In this document: positions 40,972 through 53,800 of the stretch, piece by piece
Layout: every line of letters begins with the position of its first letter
How positions within the stretch are numbered: the stretch's first letter is position 1
NCBI GenBank assembly: GCA_020137815.1
Contig: CM035352.1
Span: 4,774,001-4,838,000, forward strand
DNA from: Hormiphora californensis
Taxonomy: Eukaryota > Animalia > Ctenophora
DNA length: 64,000 nt
Direction: 5' to 3'
Notes under the pieces: generated by a model
Databases searched by the model: none
What the model was told of the DNA's origin: nothing
Seen by the model: the letters and a program-made list of their open reading frames with translations, nothing else
Program-made: the position numbers and the translations under genes

Positions 40972-41948
40972 ATGATACGAACTTTGTGTTTCCTGGCGTT
41001 CTTCGTCGTGAACCTCTCCCTCGCCTCCAAGATATTCTTGAGGTTCCAGGTTGATACTGTGCCCCTTAAAATGACAGACGAAATGCTTACTGAGGTACAT
41101 GCTTTTACTTGACATACATGACGTACATGACGTACATGACGTACATGACGTACATATACTAAATTCCCGTCGATCGTCTAACTAATAACCCTCTGCCCTT
41201 TTAAATTATAGGATTTTGACAGGCCAACCTTCCAACTCTTTAGGCTCTAACCTCCCTGGTTCTACAGCTTTAAAATGTTGACTATCAACAGTTGACATGC
41301 CCATACCCCGTGTCACAATTCTAGGCCTTCTAACACCATATTTTTTTTCCAGAAACTCGGCGAAGGCCTCATTGAAGAATACATGAGTTTGGCTAACGAC
41401 TCCTTCAAGGATATCTCGAGCGTGAGGAACAAGAACCAAGCTTGCCTCAGTGAGGATTTTGTAGAGCAGCAGCAGGATGTTTTCCCCTGGTACATCCGGC
41501 ATGTTCGGTGTTCAGGGATTGGACAGCAGTGCAATAAACGTGACGTCAGCTACACATGCCTCCAGGTATAATAATGTCAGGTGACACATGCCTCCAGGTA
41601 TAATAATGTCAGGTGACAGATTTAGTTTCCCATGCGCTGCCCCTTCTAGGATCAGTAAGGATTTACTTGTCGATCATCCTATCTTTATTTCTATTTATAT
41701 ATTTCCCAATCCTAGGTGCCCTTATCTCCGTTTCTCCCTTTTGAAAAGGGCCTTTTCTCCACTTCCCAAGTTGTCATGTATAATAACACTCCTTTTACCT
41801 ACCTCCCAGACGACTATTAAGAAGCATGTATTGAAGCACGACGCGAATAGGATTGAGCAATTTGACGATGGACTAGTTCTATGAGTTCTGGGAGAAAGGG
41901 ACGATTGAGGTTGGAGTAGGATGTGAGTGCTCCTGGCAGGCATATTAA
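40972..41948 (+). CDS. Secreted cystine-knot growth factor/hormone, Trunk/PTTH-like (about 157 aa; 3 exons; one +1 frameshift near 41876)
   Basis: Exons 40972-41094, 41353-41565 and 41810-41948, all phase 0 with GT-AG borders. Signal peptide MIRTLCFLAFFVVNLSLA. Mature region ACLSEDFVEQQQDVFPWYIRHVRCSGIGQQCNKRDVSYTCLQTTIKKHVLKH...(shift)FYEFWEKGTIEVGVGCECSWQAY* has six Cys and a terminal CxC. Confidence 0.82.
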
Positions 41949-42421
41949 ACCTTTGGACAAATGGACAATGTGATAGAGATATATATTGGAGCGAGCCTAG
42001 GATACCGGACATTTTGTAAAACACATCAATGAATCAATATAATGTTATATTTATTGTGAATCTAAATAAGTTTTTAGCACTGTTTAGCTGAGAGTTTTGA
42101 GTTGTCCAGACCGGCTGGAAAACAATAATTGGACTTTTTTAGTTGGGTGGAGTCCAAATAATGTGGCCACTGTCATGGTAGATCTGATAGTGCCATTGCC
42201 ACCTATTCTCGACGTCGATCTCTCACAGGGGTCCATGTCACCAAGTAGATCTAATACAAGGTGGGCCACGGATTGTTGGTCATGGTTAGCGAGGTGGTGC
42301 GTCAAAACGGTGATAGTTGTGAGAATAAAAATTATGGGAGCACTCTGGATCAATTCCTTGGTAACTTTTTCCATAATTTTTTGTGAAAAATTCGAAAATT
42401 CCTTTTTCATTCCTTCATTCA

Positions 42422-45400
42422 CAGGGTGTGAACTGCATGTCGTGTTTGCTAGTCGCGAGCGCGCTTGCGAGACAAGCAAACACGTCAAGGTTCATTAACA
42501 AGCATGCTGCTCAGTCGTTTTAGATTTAATACACAATGTAAGGATACCATGTAATAGGTGAGACTCTTGCCGTCACCCTCGTTCAAGTCCCGTGAAAAAC
42601 GGAGCAGTACACGCAAACTGATGCCCATTTTCCTCGCGTGACCCCGATTCAGCAGTTTGAGACACCAACTCTTTAGGGGGCCATATCTCAGGAACCAGAC
42701 AAGATAGGAAAAATCGCCGTCTAACGAGGCGTACAGTTTTTAATCTAGTTTACCACTGTACCGGCCGTTTCACTCTCCGACCTAAAACAAAAATCGCAAC
42801 CCCACAAAACTTCAAAATAATGAAATTCGCATCTCGCATGTCGTGTTGCATGTCGTGTTGCATGTCGTGTCATGTTATTGACGTGCTCGCGTTCAACTCT
42901 CACACAGCAGCTGCAGAACATGGCGGGAAACATCGAGGAGTAGAGAGAGGGTCGGTGCCGAATCAAATATTTCTTGATCTTGATCTACTCCATCTCTCAG
43001 CTATCCTACCCCTCATCAACTCGATCTCTCAGCTACCCTACCCCTCATCTACTCCATCTTTCAGCTACCCTACCACTCATCTACTCCATCTTTCACCTAC
43101 CCTACCCCTTATCTAGTCCATCTCTCAGCTACCCTACTCCTCATCTACTCCATCTCTCAGCTTCCCTATTAGGGAAGCATAGAGATGGAAACGATTAGGG
43201 GTAGGGAATCCCTATCCATAATCGTTTCCATCTCTGTGCTTCCCTAGCCGTCATCAACTCCATCTTTCAGCTACCCTACCCCTAATCTACTCCATCTCTC
43301 AGCTACCCTACCTCCCATTTACTCCATATCTCAGCTACCCTACCTCCCATTTACTCCATCTCTCAGCTTACCTACCTCCCATTTACTCCATATCTCAGCT
43401 TCCCTACCTGCCATTTACTCCATCTCTCAGATACCCTACCTCCCATTTACTCCATTTCTCAGCTTCCCTACCTCTCATTTAGTACTCCATCTCTCAGCTA
43501 CCCTACCTCCCATTTACTCCATCTCTCAGCTTCCCTACCTCCCATTTACTCCATCTCTCAGCTACCCTACCTCCCATTTACTCCATCTCTCAGCTTCCCT
43601 ACCTCCCATTTACTCCATCTCTCAGCTACCTTACCTTCCATTTACTCCATCTCTCAGCTTCCCTACCTCCCATTTACTCCATCTCTCAACTACCCTACCT
43701 CCCATTTACTCCATCTCTCAGCTTCCCTACCTCCCATTTACTCCATCTCTCAGCTACCCTACCTCCCATTTACTCCATCTCTCAGCTACCCTACCTCCCA
43801 TTTACTCCATCTCTCAGCTTACCTACCTCCCATTTACTCCATCTCTCAGCTTCCCTACCTCCCATTTACTCCATCCCTCAGCTTCCCTACCTCCCATTTA
43901 CTCCATCTCTCAGCTTTCCTACCTCCCATTTACTCCATATCTCAGCTTCCCTACCTGCCATTTACTCCATCTCTCAGATACCCTACCTCCCATTTACTCC
44001 ATCTCTCAGCTTACCTACCTCCCATTTACTCCATCTCTCAGCTTCCCTACCTCCCATTTACTCCATCCCTCAGCTACCCTACCTCCCATTTGATCCATCT
44101 CTGAGCTTACCTACCTCCCATTTACTCCATCTCTCAGCTTCCCTACCTCCCATTTACTCCATCCCTCAGCTTCCCTACCTCCCATTTACTCTATCTCTCA
44201 GCTACCCTACCACCCATTTACTCCATCTCTCAGCTTTCCTACCTCCCATTTACTCCATCTCTCAGCTTCCCTACCTCCCATTTACTCCATCTCTCAGCTT
44301 CCCTACCTCCCATTTACTCCATCTCTCAGGGGTAGGAATGTTAGGATAAATGAGAGATGGAGTAAATGGGAGGTAGGGAAGCTGAGAGATGGAGTAAATG
44401 GGAGGTAGGGAAGCTGAGAGATGGAGTAAATGGGAGGTAGGGAAGGTAAGCAATGGAGTAAATGGGAGGTAGGGAAGCTGAAAGATGGAGTAAATGGGAG
44501 GTAGGGAAGCTGAGAGATGGAGTAAATGGGAGGTAGGGTAGCTGAGAGATGGAGTAAATGGGTGGTAGGGTAGCTGAGAGATGGAGTGAATGGGAGGTAG
44601 GGTAGCTGAGAGATGGAGTAAATGGGAGGCAGGGATGGAGTAAATGGGAGGTAGGGAAGCTGAGGGATGGAGTAAATGGGAGGTAGGGAAGCTGAGAGAT
44701 GGAGTAAATGGGAGGTAGGGTAGCTGATAGATGGAGTGAATGGGAGGTTGGGTAGCTGAGAGATGGAGTAAATGGGAGGTAGGGAAGCTGAGAGATGGAG
44801 TAAATGGGATGTAGGGAAGCTGAGAGATGGAGTAAATGGGAGGTAGGTAAGCTGAGAGATGGAGTAAATCGGAGGTAGGGTATCTGAAAGATGGAGTAAA
44901 TGGCAGGTAGGGAAGCTGAGATATGGAGTAAATGGGAGGTAGGTAAGCTGAGAGATGGAGTAAATGGGAGGTAGGGAAGCTGAGAGATGGAGTAAATGGG
45001 AGGTAGGGAAGCTGAGAGATGGAGTAAATGGGAGGTAGGGTAGCTGATAGATGGAGTGAATGGGAGGTTGGGTAGCTGAGATATGGAGTAAATGGGAGGT
45101 AGGGAAGCTGAGAGATGGAGTAAATGGGAGTTAGGGAAGCTGAGAGATGGAGTAAATGGGAGGTAGGTAAGCTGAGAGATGGAGTAAATGGGAGGTAGGG
45201 AAGCTGAGATATGGAGTAAATGGGAGGTAGGTTAGCTGAGAGATGGAGTAAATGGGAGGTAGGGAAGCTGAGAGATGGAGTAAATGGGAGGTAGGGTAGC
45301 TGAGAGATGGAGTAGATGAGGAGTAGGGTAGCGGAGAGATGGACTAGATTAGGGGTAGGGTAGCTGAAAGATGGAGTTGATGAGGGCTAGGGAAGCATAG

Positions 45401-46212
45401 AGATGGAAACGATTATGGATAGGGATTCCCTACCCCTAATCGTTTCCATCTCTATGCTTCCCTAATAGGGAAGCTGAGAGATGGAGTAGATGAGGAGTAG
45501 GGTAGCTGAGAGATGGACTAGATAAGGGGTAGGGTAGCTGAAAGATGGAGTAGATGAGGGGTAGGGTAGCTGAAAGATGGAGTAGATGAGGGGTAGGGTA
45601 GCTGAGAGATCGAGTTGATGAGGGGTAGGATAGCTGAGAGATGGAGTAGATCAAGATCAAGAAATATTTGATTCGGCACCGACCCTCTCTCTACTCCTCG
45701 ATGTTTCCCGCCATGTTCTGTAGCTGCTGTGTGAGAGTTGAACGCGAGCGCGTCAATAACATGACACGACATGCAACACGACATGCAACACGACATGCGA
45801 GATGCGAATTTCATTATTTTGAAGTTTTGTGGGGTTGCGATTTTTGTTTTAGGTCGGAGAGTGAAACGGCCGGTACAGTGGTAAACTAGATTAAAAACTG
45901 TACGCCTCGTTAGACGGCGATTTTTCCTATCTTGTCTGGTTCCTGAGATATGGCCCCCTAAAGAGTTGGTGTCTCAAACTGCTGAATCGGGGTCACGCGA
46001 GGAAAATGGGCATCAGTTTGCGTGTACTGCTCCGTTTTTCACGGGACTTGAACGAGGGTGACGGCAAGAGTCTCACCTATTACATGGTATCCTTACATTG
46101 TGTATTAAATCTAAAATGACTGAGCAGCATGCTTGTTAATGAACCTTGACGTGTTTGCTTGTCTCGCAAGCGCGCTCGCGACTAGCAAACACGACATGCA
46201 GTTCACACCCTG
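42422..46212. mobile_element. 3.8-kb foldback element with minisatellite-containing arms and 5-bp TSD (hAT5-like termini)
   Basis: CAGGGTGTGAACTGCATGTCG...CGACATGCAGTTCACACCCTG; TSD ATTCA at 42417-42421 and 46213-46217, present once in the host element's other arm; arms of about 1.9 kb meet near 44340. Confidence 0.9.
42985..45650. repeat. 32-bp minisatellite arrays in inverted orientation
   Basis: CCCTACCTCCCATTTACTCCATCTCTCAGCT(T/A) up to about 44328; reverse complement from about 44352. Confidence 0.95.
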
Positions 46213-47934
46213 ATTCATTTCTCGTTCATTCATAATGCGAGCATCCTAATTTTCCATCATTATGCTATTCTTCTTTGGCTTGAATTTATCTTTCCAATGA
46301 TCACCATAAAAATGAAATTGAAGCACCAGGTCACGTAGCAGTTGAGAAAATGTTCATGCATGATTTTGGCTCTTTTTGCGACTTTCAAATAGCTGTATCA
46401 CGGCTACCTTTCATTCAATCTCCTTAAAACTTTGGGAAAACATTGGATAACCAAAGATCTTTGCTCACAAGAAAAATCAAGGTCAAAGGTCAAAGTTCAT
46501 TTTTCATTTTTGTAAGTTCATTCCGTTCATTCATGAACCATCATCCCTAAAGTGATGAAAAGGTTTGGGTTTTGTTTGGCCCCTGTCCTGCAATGACAGA
46601 GAGGTGTAATAGCGTGTTTCCGGGCTATTTTGTGGGTGTCCATGTGATCATGATGATATCTGACACCTTTTCTGAGCCATAATTAAGGGATTTTCTCAAG
46701 TTCAAGCATGTAGCTTGGTTTTTCTGCGTGCAACAATGCTATGAGATCTCATAACACCTCAAAAATGATGATTCGATCAATGAAATGAGTTTATTTATGA
46801 TCAAAATTGTTCGTTTCGTTCAATTTGACATCGGTTTTAATCTTTTCAATCATAAATCAACTTATTTCATTGAGCTAATCATCATTTTTGAGGTGTTATG
46901 AGATCTCATAGCATTGTTGCACGGTACTAATCGCAGAAAAACCAAGTTACATGCTTGAACTCGAGAAAATCCCTTAATTATGGCTCAGAAAAGGTGTCAG
47001 ATATCATCATGATCACATGGACACCCAAAAAATAGCCCGGAAACACGCTATTACACCTCTCTGTCATTGCAGGACAGGGGCCAAACAAAACCCAAACCTT
47101 TTCATCACTTTAGGGACGATGTTTCATGAATGAACGGAATGAACTAACAAAATTGAAAAATGAACTTTGACCTTTGGCCTTGATTTTTCTTGTGAGCAAA
47201 GATCTTTGCTTATCCAATGTTTTCCCAAAGTTTTAAGAAGATTGAACGAAAGGTAGTCGTGATACAGCTGTTTGAAAGTCACAAAAAGAGCCAAAATCAT
47301 GCATGAACATTTTTTTAGCTGCTGCGTGACCTGGTGCTTTAATTTCATTTTTATGGTGCTCATTGGAAAGATAAATTCAAGCCAAAGAAGAATAGCATAA
47401 TGAAGGAAAATTAGGATGCTCGCATTATGAATGAACGAGAAATGAATGAAGGAATGAAAAATGAATTTTTGAATTTTTGACAAAAAATCATGGAAAAAGT
47501 TACCAAGGAATTGATCCAGAGTGCTCCCATAATTTTTATTCTCACAACTATCACCGTTTTGACGTACCACCTCGCTAACCATGACCAACAATCCGTGGCC
47601 CACCTTGTAGTTGCTGTCATGTAGTTCGTTATAGATTAGTTAGTTGGTTCTGCCATAGGTGTCACATGGTCTGACATAGATCCAAACTCTGTCTCTCCTT
47701 CAGCTGGCTGCCCTACTTTCTGATTCACCTCCTTTAACGCTGAAACGAAAACTAATTAGCAGAACTCTCTATGGAACTTCGAGAAAAGTTATTTGTCAGG
47801 GGCACTGCTGACTGCTGCCGGGGAGGTCAAATTAGACGGGTCAATCATTTATGTTGGTATTATGGCACAAGTTTCTAGAATATTCTGCAGTGTCTACTGG
47901 ACAAGAACCCTCTATTATATCAGCTGTGTCACTA

Positions 47935-48595
47935 TATGAGGTATAAACTCTGGCCACTGGCGCGTTATTTCAGATAACTTTCTCCCAGCGCGCCGCTGGG
48001 AGAAGTTAGCTGAAGTTTATCCGCCGCTGGCGGATAAACTGGTTTAAATCACGACGACGATCCCGAGGCGGAGCCGAGGGAGAGGCGGAGGGGTTTAAAC
48101 CTATAACGTGCCAGTGGTCAGAGTTTATAGGTTATATACCCTGCTTTAGTTGTTTATTTCAAGTATTACACACCAACAAGAGAGAGAACACTAATCAAAA
48201 CACTCAAAGAGGACTGAGAAATAGTTAAAACACCTCACAATTGAGTGTACACTGTTTGGTAACAGTTACTAAGCAGTTGCTAAGGAAAGAGAGTGAAAGA
48301 AATAGCCTGATAAGGGGCATGTCACACATAACACAGAGGAAGAGATAGTGAGACAAAAGGGGAGATAAAGAGAGAGTAATTGACGGAATGTGTCCTTTCT
48401 TTCTCTCCAATGTAGTGTGTAAGTGTTGCACATAGTGTTCCCTCTGTATTTTAGTAAGAACTGATCATTTACACACACTTTGAATGTTCAAAATAAATAA
48501 CCTGCCAGTGGGAAATAATCTGCCGCTGGACTGGCTGTTTATTGAGAGCGCGCTAGTGGGACTGGCGGGTTATTTAAGTTAGCAGGGTATATAAT
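47935..48595. mobile_element. Hairpin-rich interspersed element (possibly HINE-like)
   Basis: Inverted pairs TATAAACTCTGGCCACTGGC / GCCAGTGGTCAGAGTTTATA and TTATATACCCTGCT / AGCAGGGTATATAA; internal hairpins CTCCCAGCG..CGCTGGGAG and TTTATCCGCC..GGCGGATAAA. Confidence 0.45.
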
Positions 48596-48675
48596 ATAGA
48601 AATTTACAGTGCAGGTGCTCTGACATATTGGCCACCCGCACAGCGTACTGCGAAAAAAGGATTATAATTTAAAAT

Positions 48676-50356
48676 TTACGTACGTATAATTGGTTTCATA
48701 TCGTCTGGTTTAGCAGCACTGCTGACCATGATCCGTGGGATGGTATACAAGATGTAGATCAGGAAGAGTAGTGCCACAAGGACGGAGAGGCACATAACAT
48801 TCACTAGCCAGGATTCGGTAGAGTAGTTCGTATAGTCAAGGGACCTGCAGTATAGGTTATAGACGAAATTACTAATGGAATGGATAGATGAAGGATATTT
48901 TGTACCTATTACTGATCCTACTATATTTGTCCTTATTGTTAGTCCTTCTCATATATGCATATTGTATTGTTATGTGTACAGTAAAGTGCCCTATGTATAA
49001 CAGTGTACCCTGGCCTATGTACCAGTACAGTGTACAGTGTTACAGTGTACATACATGTGTGTTGTATATCGAGGTTAGATTATTAGCTTACCCGGAAAAC
49101 AGGCGGAAGAGAGCTTTTTCGTAGATCCCAGTTTCGATGGCACAAATCGCTCCAAACAGTAGAAACATCCCAACGACGATGTGTATGGGTTTGTACCATT
49201 TCCGCAGCCAGATGTACTTTCGAGGGTCAACGTCTTGGAAGACCCCCACACTAAGCAGCGCCTGTGTGCCAAGGAAATTATTGATTAGGAATTTTATGCT
49301 TACATAACATGGGATATCACTAATCACTGTGTGGTGATTTTAGGCTGTCAGATCTGTCAAATGGTAACCCCTGGGAATTAGTCTCTGACAAGTTCTCACC
49401 CATTTGATGTCTCCAACTATTATAACAGAGGTCACTATAGTAACCAGTTAGTTACCATGGTAACCGTGATGTAGCAAATGTGTTCAGTGTTCACCATGGT
49501 AACTAGATAAAACGTTCTTACCCATGTGATGTAGCCAACAGAGGTCACGATTCCAATCCAAGAGTGGAGGGAATAGAGATCGGTGTAGCCCCAGTCGGAG
49601 TGGTATTCAAATACTGCGACCTGACAGAATGACAATTCACAAAATTTGTTGGGCTTCTTTAGTCATTATAATTGTCCCAAGTTAATAGAAAAACGCCCCC
49701 CCCCCACGAAGTTTATTCATTACCGCTGACGCCTGACGCCCTGACACGTCGTCAAGTCAATCCAGAAAGACCTCATTGTAGAACCATTATATTAGCACAC
49801 CTCTATACCCGAACTTACCAATCCGAATATAATGAAGCCGACAGCTAGAAGATGGAGGACAGCATGAATCCATTTATTTGTCTTCAGGTTAAATGGGAAT
49901 AGTCGGAAGGCAACGACAGCTGAAACAACTCATTTCGGTTGACAGGTTTTATTAAGGCCCCCAGCAAATCAATTCCCTGGCCTCTGTTTCGCAATGAACA
50001 AAACATTGCTATATATATTATGTCCTGTCAGTGCGATGCTTTCCTCTCAGTTCCCTCCGAGTGCAACAGCATGACAATTTTGAAAAAGGGATTAGTGTGA
50101 TGAAGAATATATTATGTCCAATAATTCTCTCACCGTTGCCAAAGAGAAAGAACATTCCGATTATCATGGCAATTGGATGCCAATTGAACTTATAAGTGGT
50201 TGTCGTGGACCAGCCTACACCTCCCATGTAGCCAAATACCCACCACAACATCATAATAACAGGAATTGATAGGGCTATCTCCACTAGGACTAACAAGACC
50301 GTCCGGGTCTTGAGCTTAACGCTCAGGTCTAACTCAGGATCCTCCTGAGCAGCCAT
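48676..50356 (-). CDS. Cytochrome b561 family transmembrane ascorbate-dependent reductase (CYB561/CYBRD1-like), 5 exons
   Basis: FNWHPIAM, KWIHAVLH, LYSLHSWIG and YKPIHIVVG supply the four heme-ligand His; TGIYEKALF motif; stop at 48676-48678. Confidence 0.92.
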
Positions 50357-50845
50357 CCTCACAAGCTTCCCGACCTTCTAGGACGTGCTTTACTAATTTA
50401 TGTAAACAACAATTGACAGTTGAGGCACGTACAAGCAAATGAGAAAGACAAATGTGCTATACACACACCAGCAAGGCTTACACCGGCATGGAATCTCAAG
50501 ATATTTTCCTGACCAGTGCAGCAGCACCTCAATTCTTGATCCAATTTATTTGGGGACATCTGGCCTAAACGTCTTTATTTATAAAATACGTTTCATAACA
50601 TGCAATATAATGGTTTTTTAACCTGGACAAAATTACAATTGCGAATTTAAAATAAATACAGTCGAGTCATATACCGATTACCGCATGATTTACCGTACCC
50701 TCGATTTACCGTACCGTGCATAAAGTCCTTCCCCGATAAAGTCCGCCGTCCGGTAAATCGAAGAGATTGACGCAATCTAAATCGCAACTGTCAAAAGACA
50801 GAGAGTCAGTGGTAGAGATTCTACTAGAATATAACGTTTATTTGT

Positions 50846-53800
50846 TCATTTCGTAAAGCCAAGACTACCGGATTCTTTAACGGCCTGTTCAAGTCTTGCA
50901 GTCATGGGAAGGTAACTTTTTAAAGAATGACAGACGTGAAAAACAATGTCGCTCTTGGCAGAAAACCCATCTTCTTTCAGTTGCGTTGTGACGTATTTGA
51001 AGGTTGGTGTCGTTTCCAGGGTGTTCTTAATTCTGATAAAATAATGTTTGATTAGCTGTCAATAAAAATCAGACAGGGAATACAAATTAAGCAAGATGTG
51101 TTTTTATGGTGACAATTCTCCGTGCAAGATATGTATGTTAACCAACCTTGCAAATAGAGGGACAGCATAAGAGGGAAGATTGTCGATAAGGGTCTCATAC
51201 AGCAGGTCCCAGTCCAATTTATCTTGGTCGATAGTGAGAGCAATCATTCCTGCCCTGCCGTTATGGTGCGGTATTGCTATCCCGTACACACACGCCTCCT
51301 TTACCCCTCGTACTTTGGTTACTAATGCAGCCACCTCCACAGTCGATACGTTTTCTCCTTTCCATCTAATATACAGGGTGGTCATGTATGGGATCAGAGG
51401 GATAATTTCGTTACCAAGCCATAACTCCGGTTCATTCCACAGGGTGTTCATATATGGGATCTTTACAAGCGTTGAGCTTCACCCAGAAAAAATTTGACAA
51501 GATTAGTTTAAATGAAACTTCACACTTGGACTATATATTACAGCCTCAGGTCTCATTCAAGGTTCCTGGTGTTTCCGAAGCTCTAATACCCCTGGAAGTG
51601 TGTTTTTGGCATCTAAGGTACACGAAGAAATTTTTTCCTGGGTTTGAGACTTTGCTAAATCGTTTTTTAGATATTTTCTATGTTAAGTTAAAAGTTTCAT
51701 GATGATCGATATTTTTCTATCTGGCGCCGCTGACCCCATCTGAACGCACTTGGAATCAAATTTGGGTGTGGCGCCGCCATACAGATATTTTTGGGCTCCA
51801 GATGTCTCAGTTTAGTTGGCTTGGTAAGCCAAAAAAACGCTCAAAAAGGGAAAAAATTGGCATTTTTGATCTTTGTAGCCACTTTTTTCGAAATTTGGAG
51901 ACCGATAAACACCTTCGATCATCATAAAACTTTAAACTTGACATGTGTTTAGGGGTAAACGCTGCCCCTTGTAGTGGAATTACAGTAATGGAATTACAGT
52001 AATAAGACGCAGACTTTGCATAACGTGCGGCTACAAGCGACCGGGAAACTATTATATGACGCAGGCGAAATGAAGTTTTTTACTAGAACCGGAGCTATGG
52101 CTTGGCAACCACATTATCCCTACCTACAACGATGCCTACGAGGGGTAAATTATGGCGAAATTTAAAAGCTTAAAAAATGACACTCCTTTAAAATCCGAAA
52201 ACGTTTAATTTACCGATAAGTGTCGCCTAGTCGGTCCTGAAAGTAGAAAGATCTATCCTCTCCAATTGTTACAAGATCACCCGTGCTTAGGAAGTTGTCT
52301 CCCTTTTCCAGAACATCTTTTATCACCTTGTCATCATTGCTTTCACTGTAATACAGCGTTCCTAGATACGGACAGAAGAAGAATGATTATATAAGAAGGA
52401 ACTGTCCAATGTCTAATGGACATGGCATCCACATAGTTTGCAATACGTACAATATAATATATTGAATGGATGCTGTTTTATCTTACGATTAGTGTTTTGC
52501 TCCTGGACGATGAGTAGTCCAGGTTGACCAATTAGACACAGTTTACAGAGCTTTGTTTGGAGATCTCGGACTGGGATCATCGTTTCTCCATTACACTGTA
52601 TAACCCTAGTAAATAAAGTAATAAACGATCAATATAAAACCGTTCATAAAACATTGGATCTAGGCGAGATCATTAGTAAAAACATGAAGGAGTTAAGAAG
52701 AAATGACCTCAGCTGCAGGCTGCAGCAATCAAGCAATATGGTTCTTGTACCTGTAGGGTTGGGGTCCAAACTTTATCCTTGGGATGTAACCAAGGGAACC
52801 GGGCTTGTTCAGAACAGACCCCAGGAAGGAAATGCCCTCGGTTTGACCATAAAACTCGGCCACGTTATCTATGTTAAAATCTTTCTTGAAAGTCTCATAA
52901 ATGTCCTGTCCCAGGCCGTTTCCAATACACGCCTTGGTCCGGGAATCCTGCCGGTTGAAGGTTTGCCGTCGGTTCAGCAAAAACCGGCACATTTCACCGA
53001 CATAGAGGAAGATGGTGGACTTGGTGTCCTTCAAATCACACCAGAATGTGTTAACTGAAAACTTCTCCCTGATCACAAAACTAGCCCCACTCTGAAATTA
53101 CATGATTGGAATAATTAGTCTGATTGTAGAGGATACTTATGAAAATGTTAGCATGGAGAAATTTTTGACCTCTAAAGTCCATTTTTTGAACAGTTAGACT
53201 TAAGCGAACTGCTTCAATTATTGAATTTTCTGTTCTATGGGCTAGAAAATATTACTTTCTGGTTTAATTCCCCTTAATTAGTATTATTAAATTAATTACC
53301 CTGATGGCGATGTGCATGCCAATAGACAGAGCTGTAGAGTGGTAGAGGGGGAGTGTGCAAAATATCCTGTCAGAGTTGTCGATCCCATACCTGTAAAACA
53401 TAAAGGTAACGACGAGTTATCTATCAATCTATCAACAAAAGTGATAATGAAGATTGCTTTTACTTTTACGTATAAAATATTCAATATGGATAAAACAACT
53501 ATGTAGTTACTCTGTTACAAATGATATTGTATGATAGATATATGATAGATATTATATATCTCTTTAGTCTTTGTATGCGTTGAACTATTTGTATCTCTTT
53601 TTATCATTGTTAGCAATGATATTACCCCTCCGCCCAAGTGACTCCGCCCAAGTGCCCCGGTATCTTTGTTGAGCTCCCAAAACAAAATGTGGTAATTATT
53701 ACTTGCCAAAACACTTTAGTTCTCAAAATATGATGAATTATGTAATCTGTCAAATTTGATTTTATAGTCTTCATTTTACAAGGTCACGGTGGGAAGAGTT

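Larger units (their letters stand above)
42257..47607. mobile_element. Long palindromic Tc1/mariner-type non-autonomous element (about 1.56 kb without its insert)
   Basis: TA|CAAGGTGGGCCACGG...CCGTGGCCCACCTTG|TA; left arm 42257-42421 plus 46218-46810 mirrors right arm 46845-47607. Confidence 0.88.

Noticed and set aside
42985-45650. 32-bp repeat array as a CRISPR array
   Set aside because: Units are head-to-tail with no unique spacers, there are no cas genes, and the context is eukaryotic.
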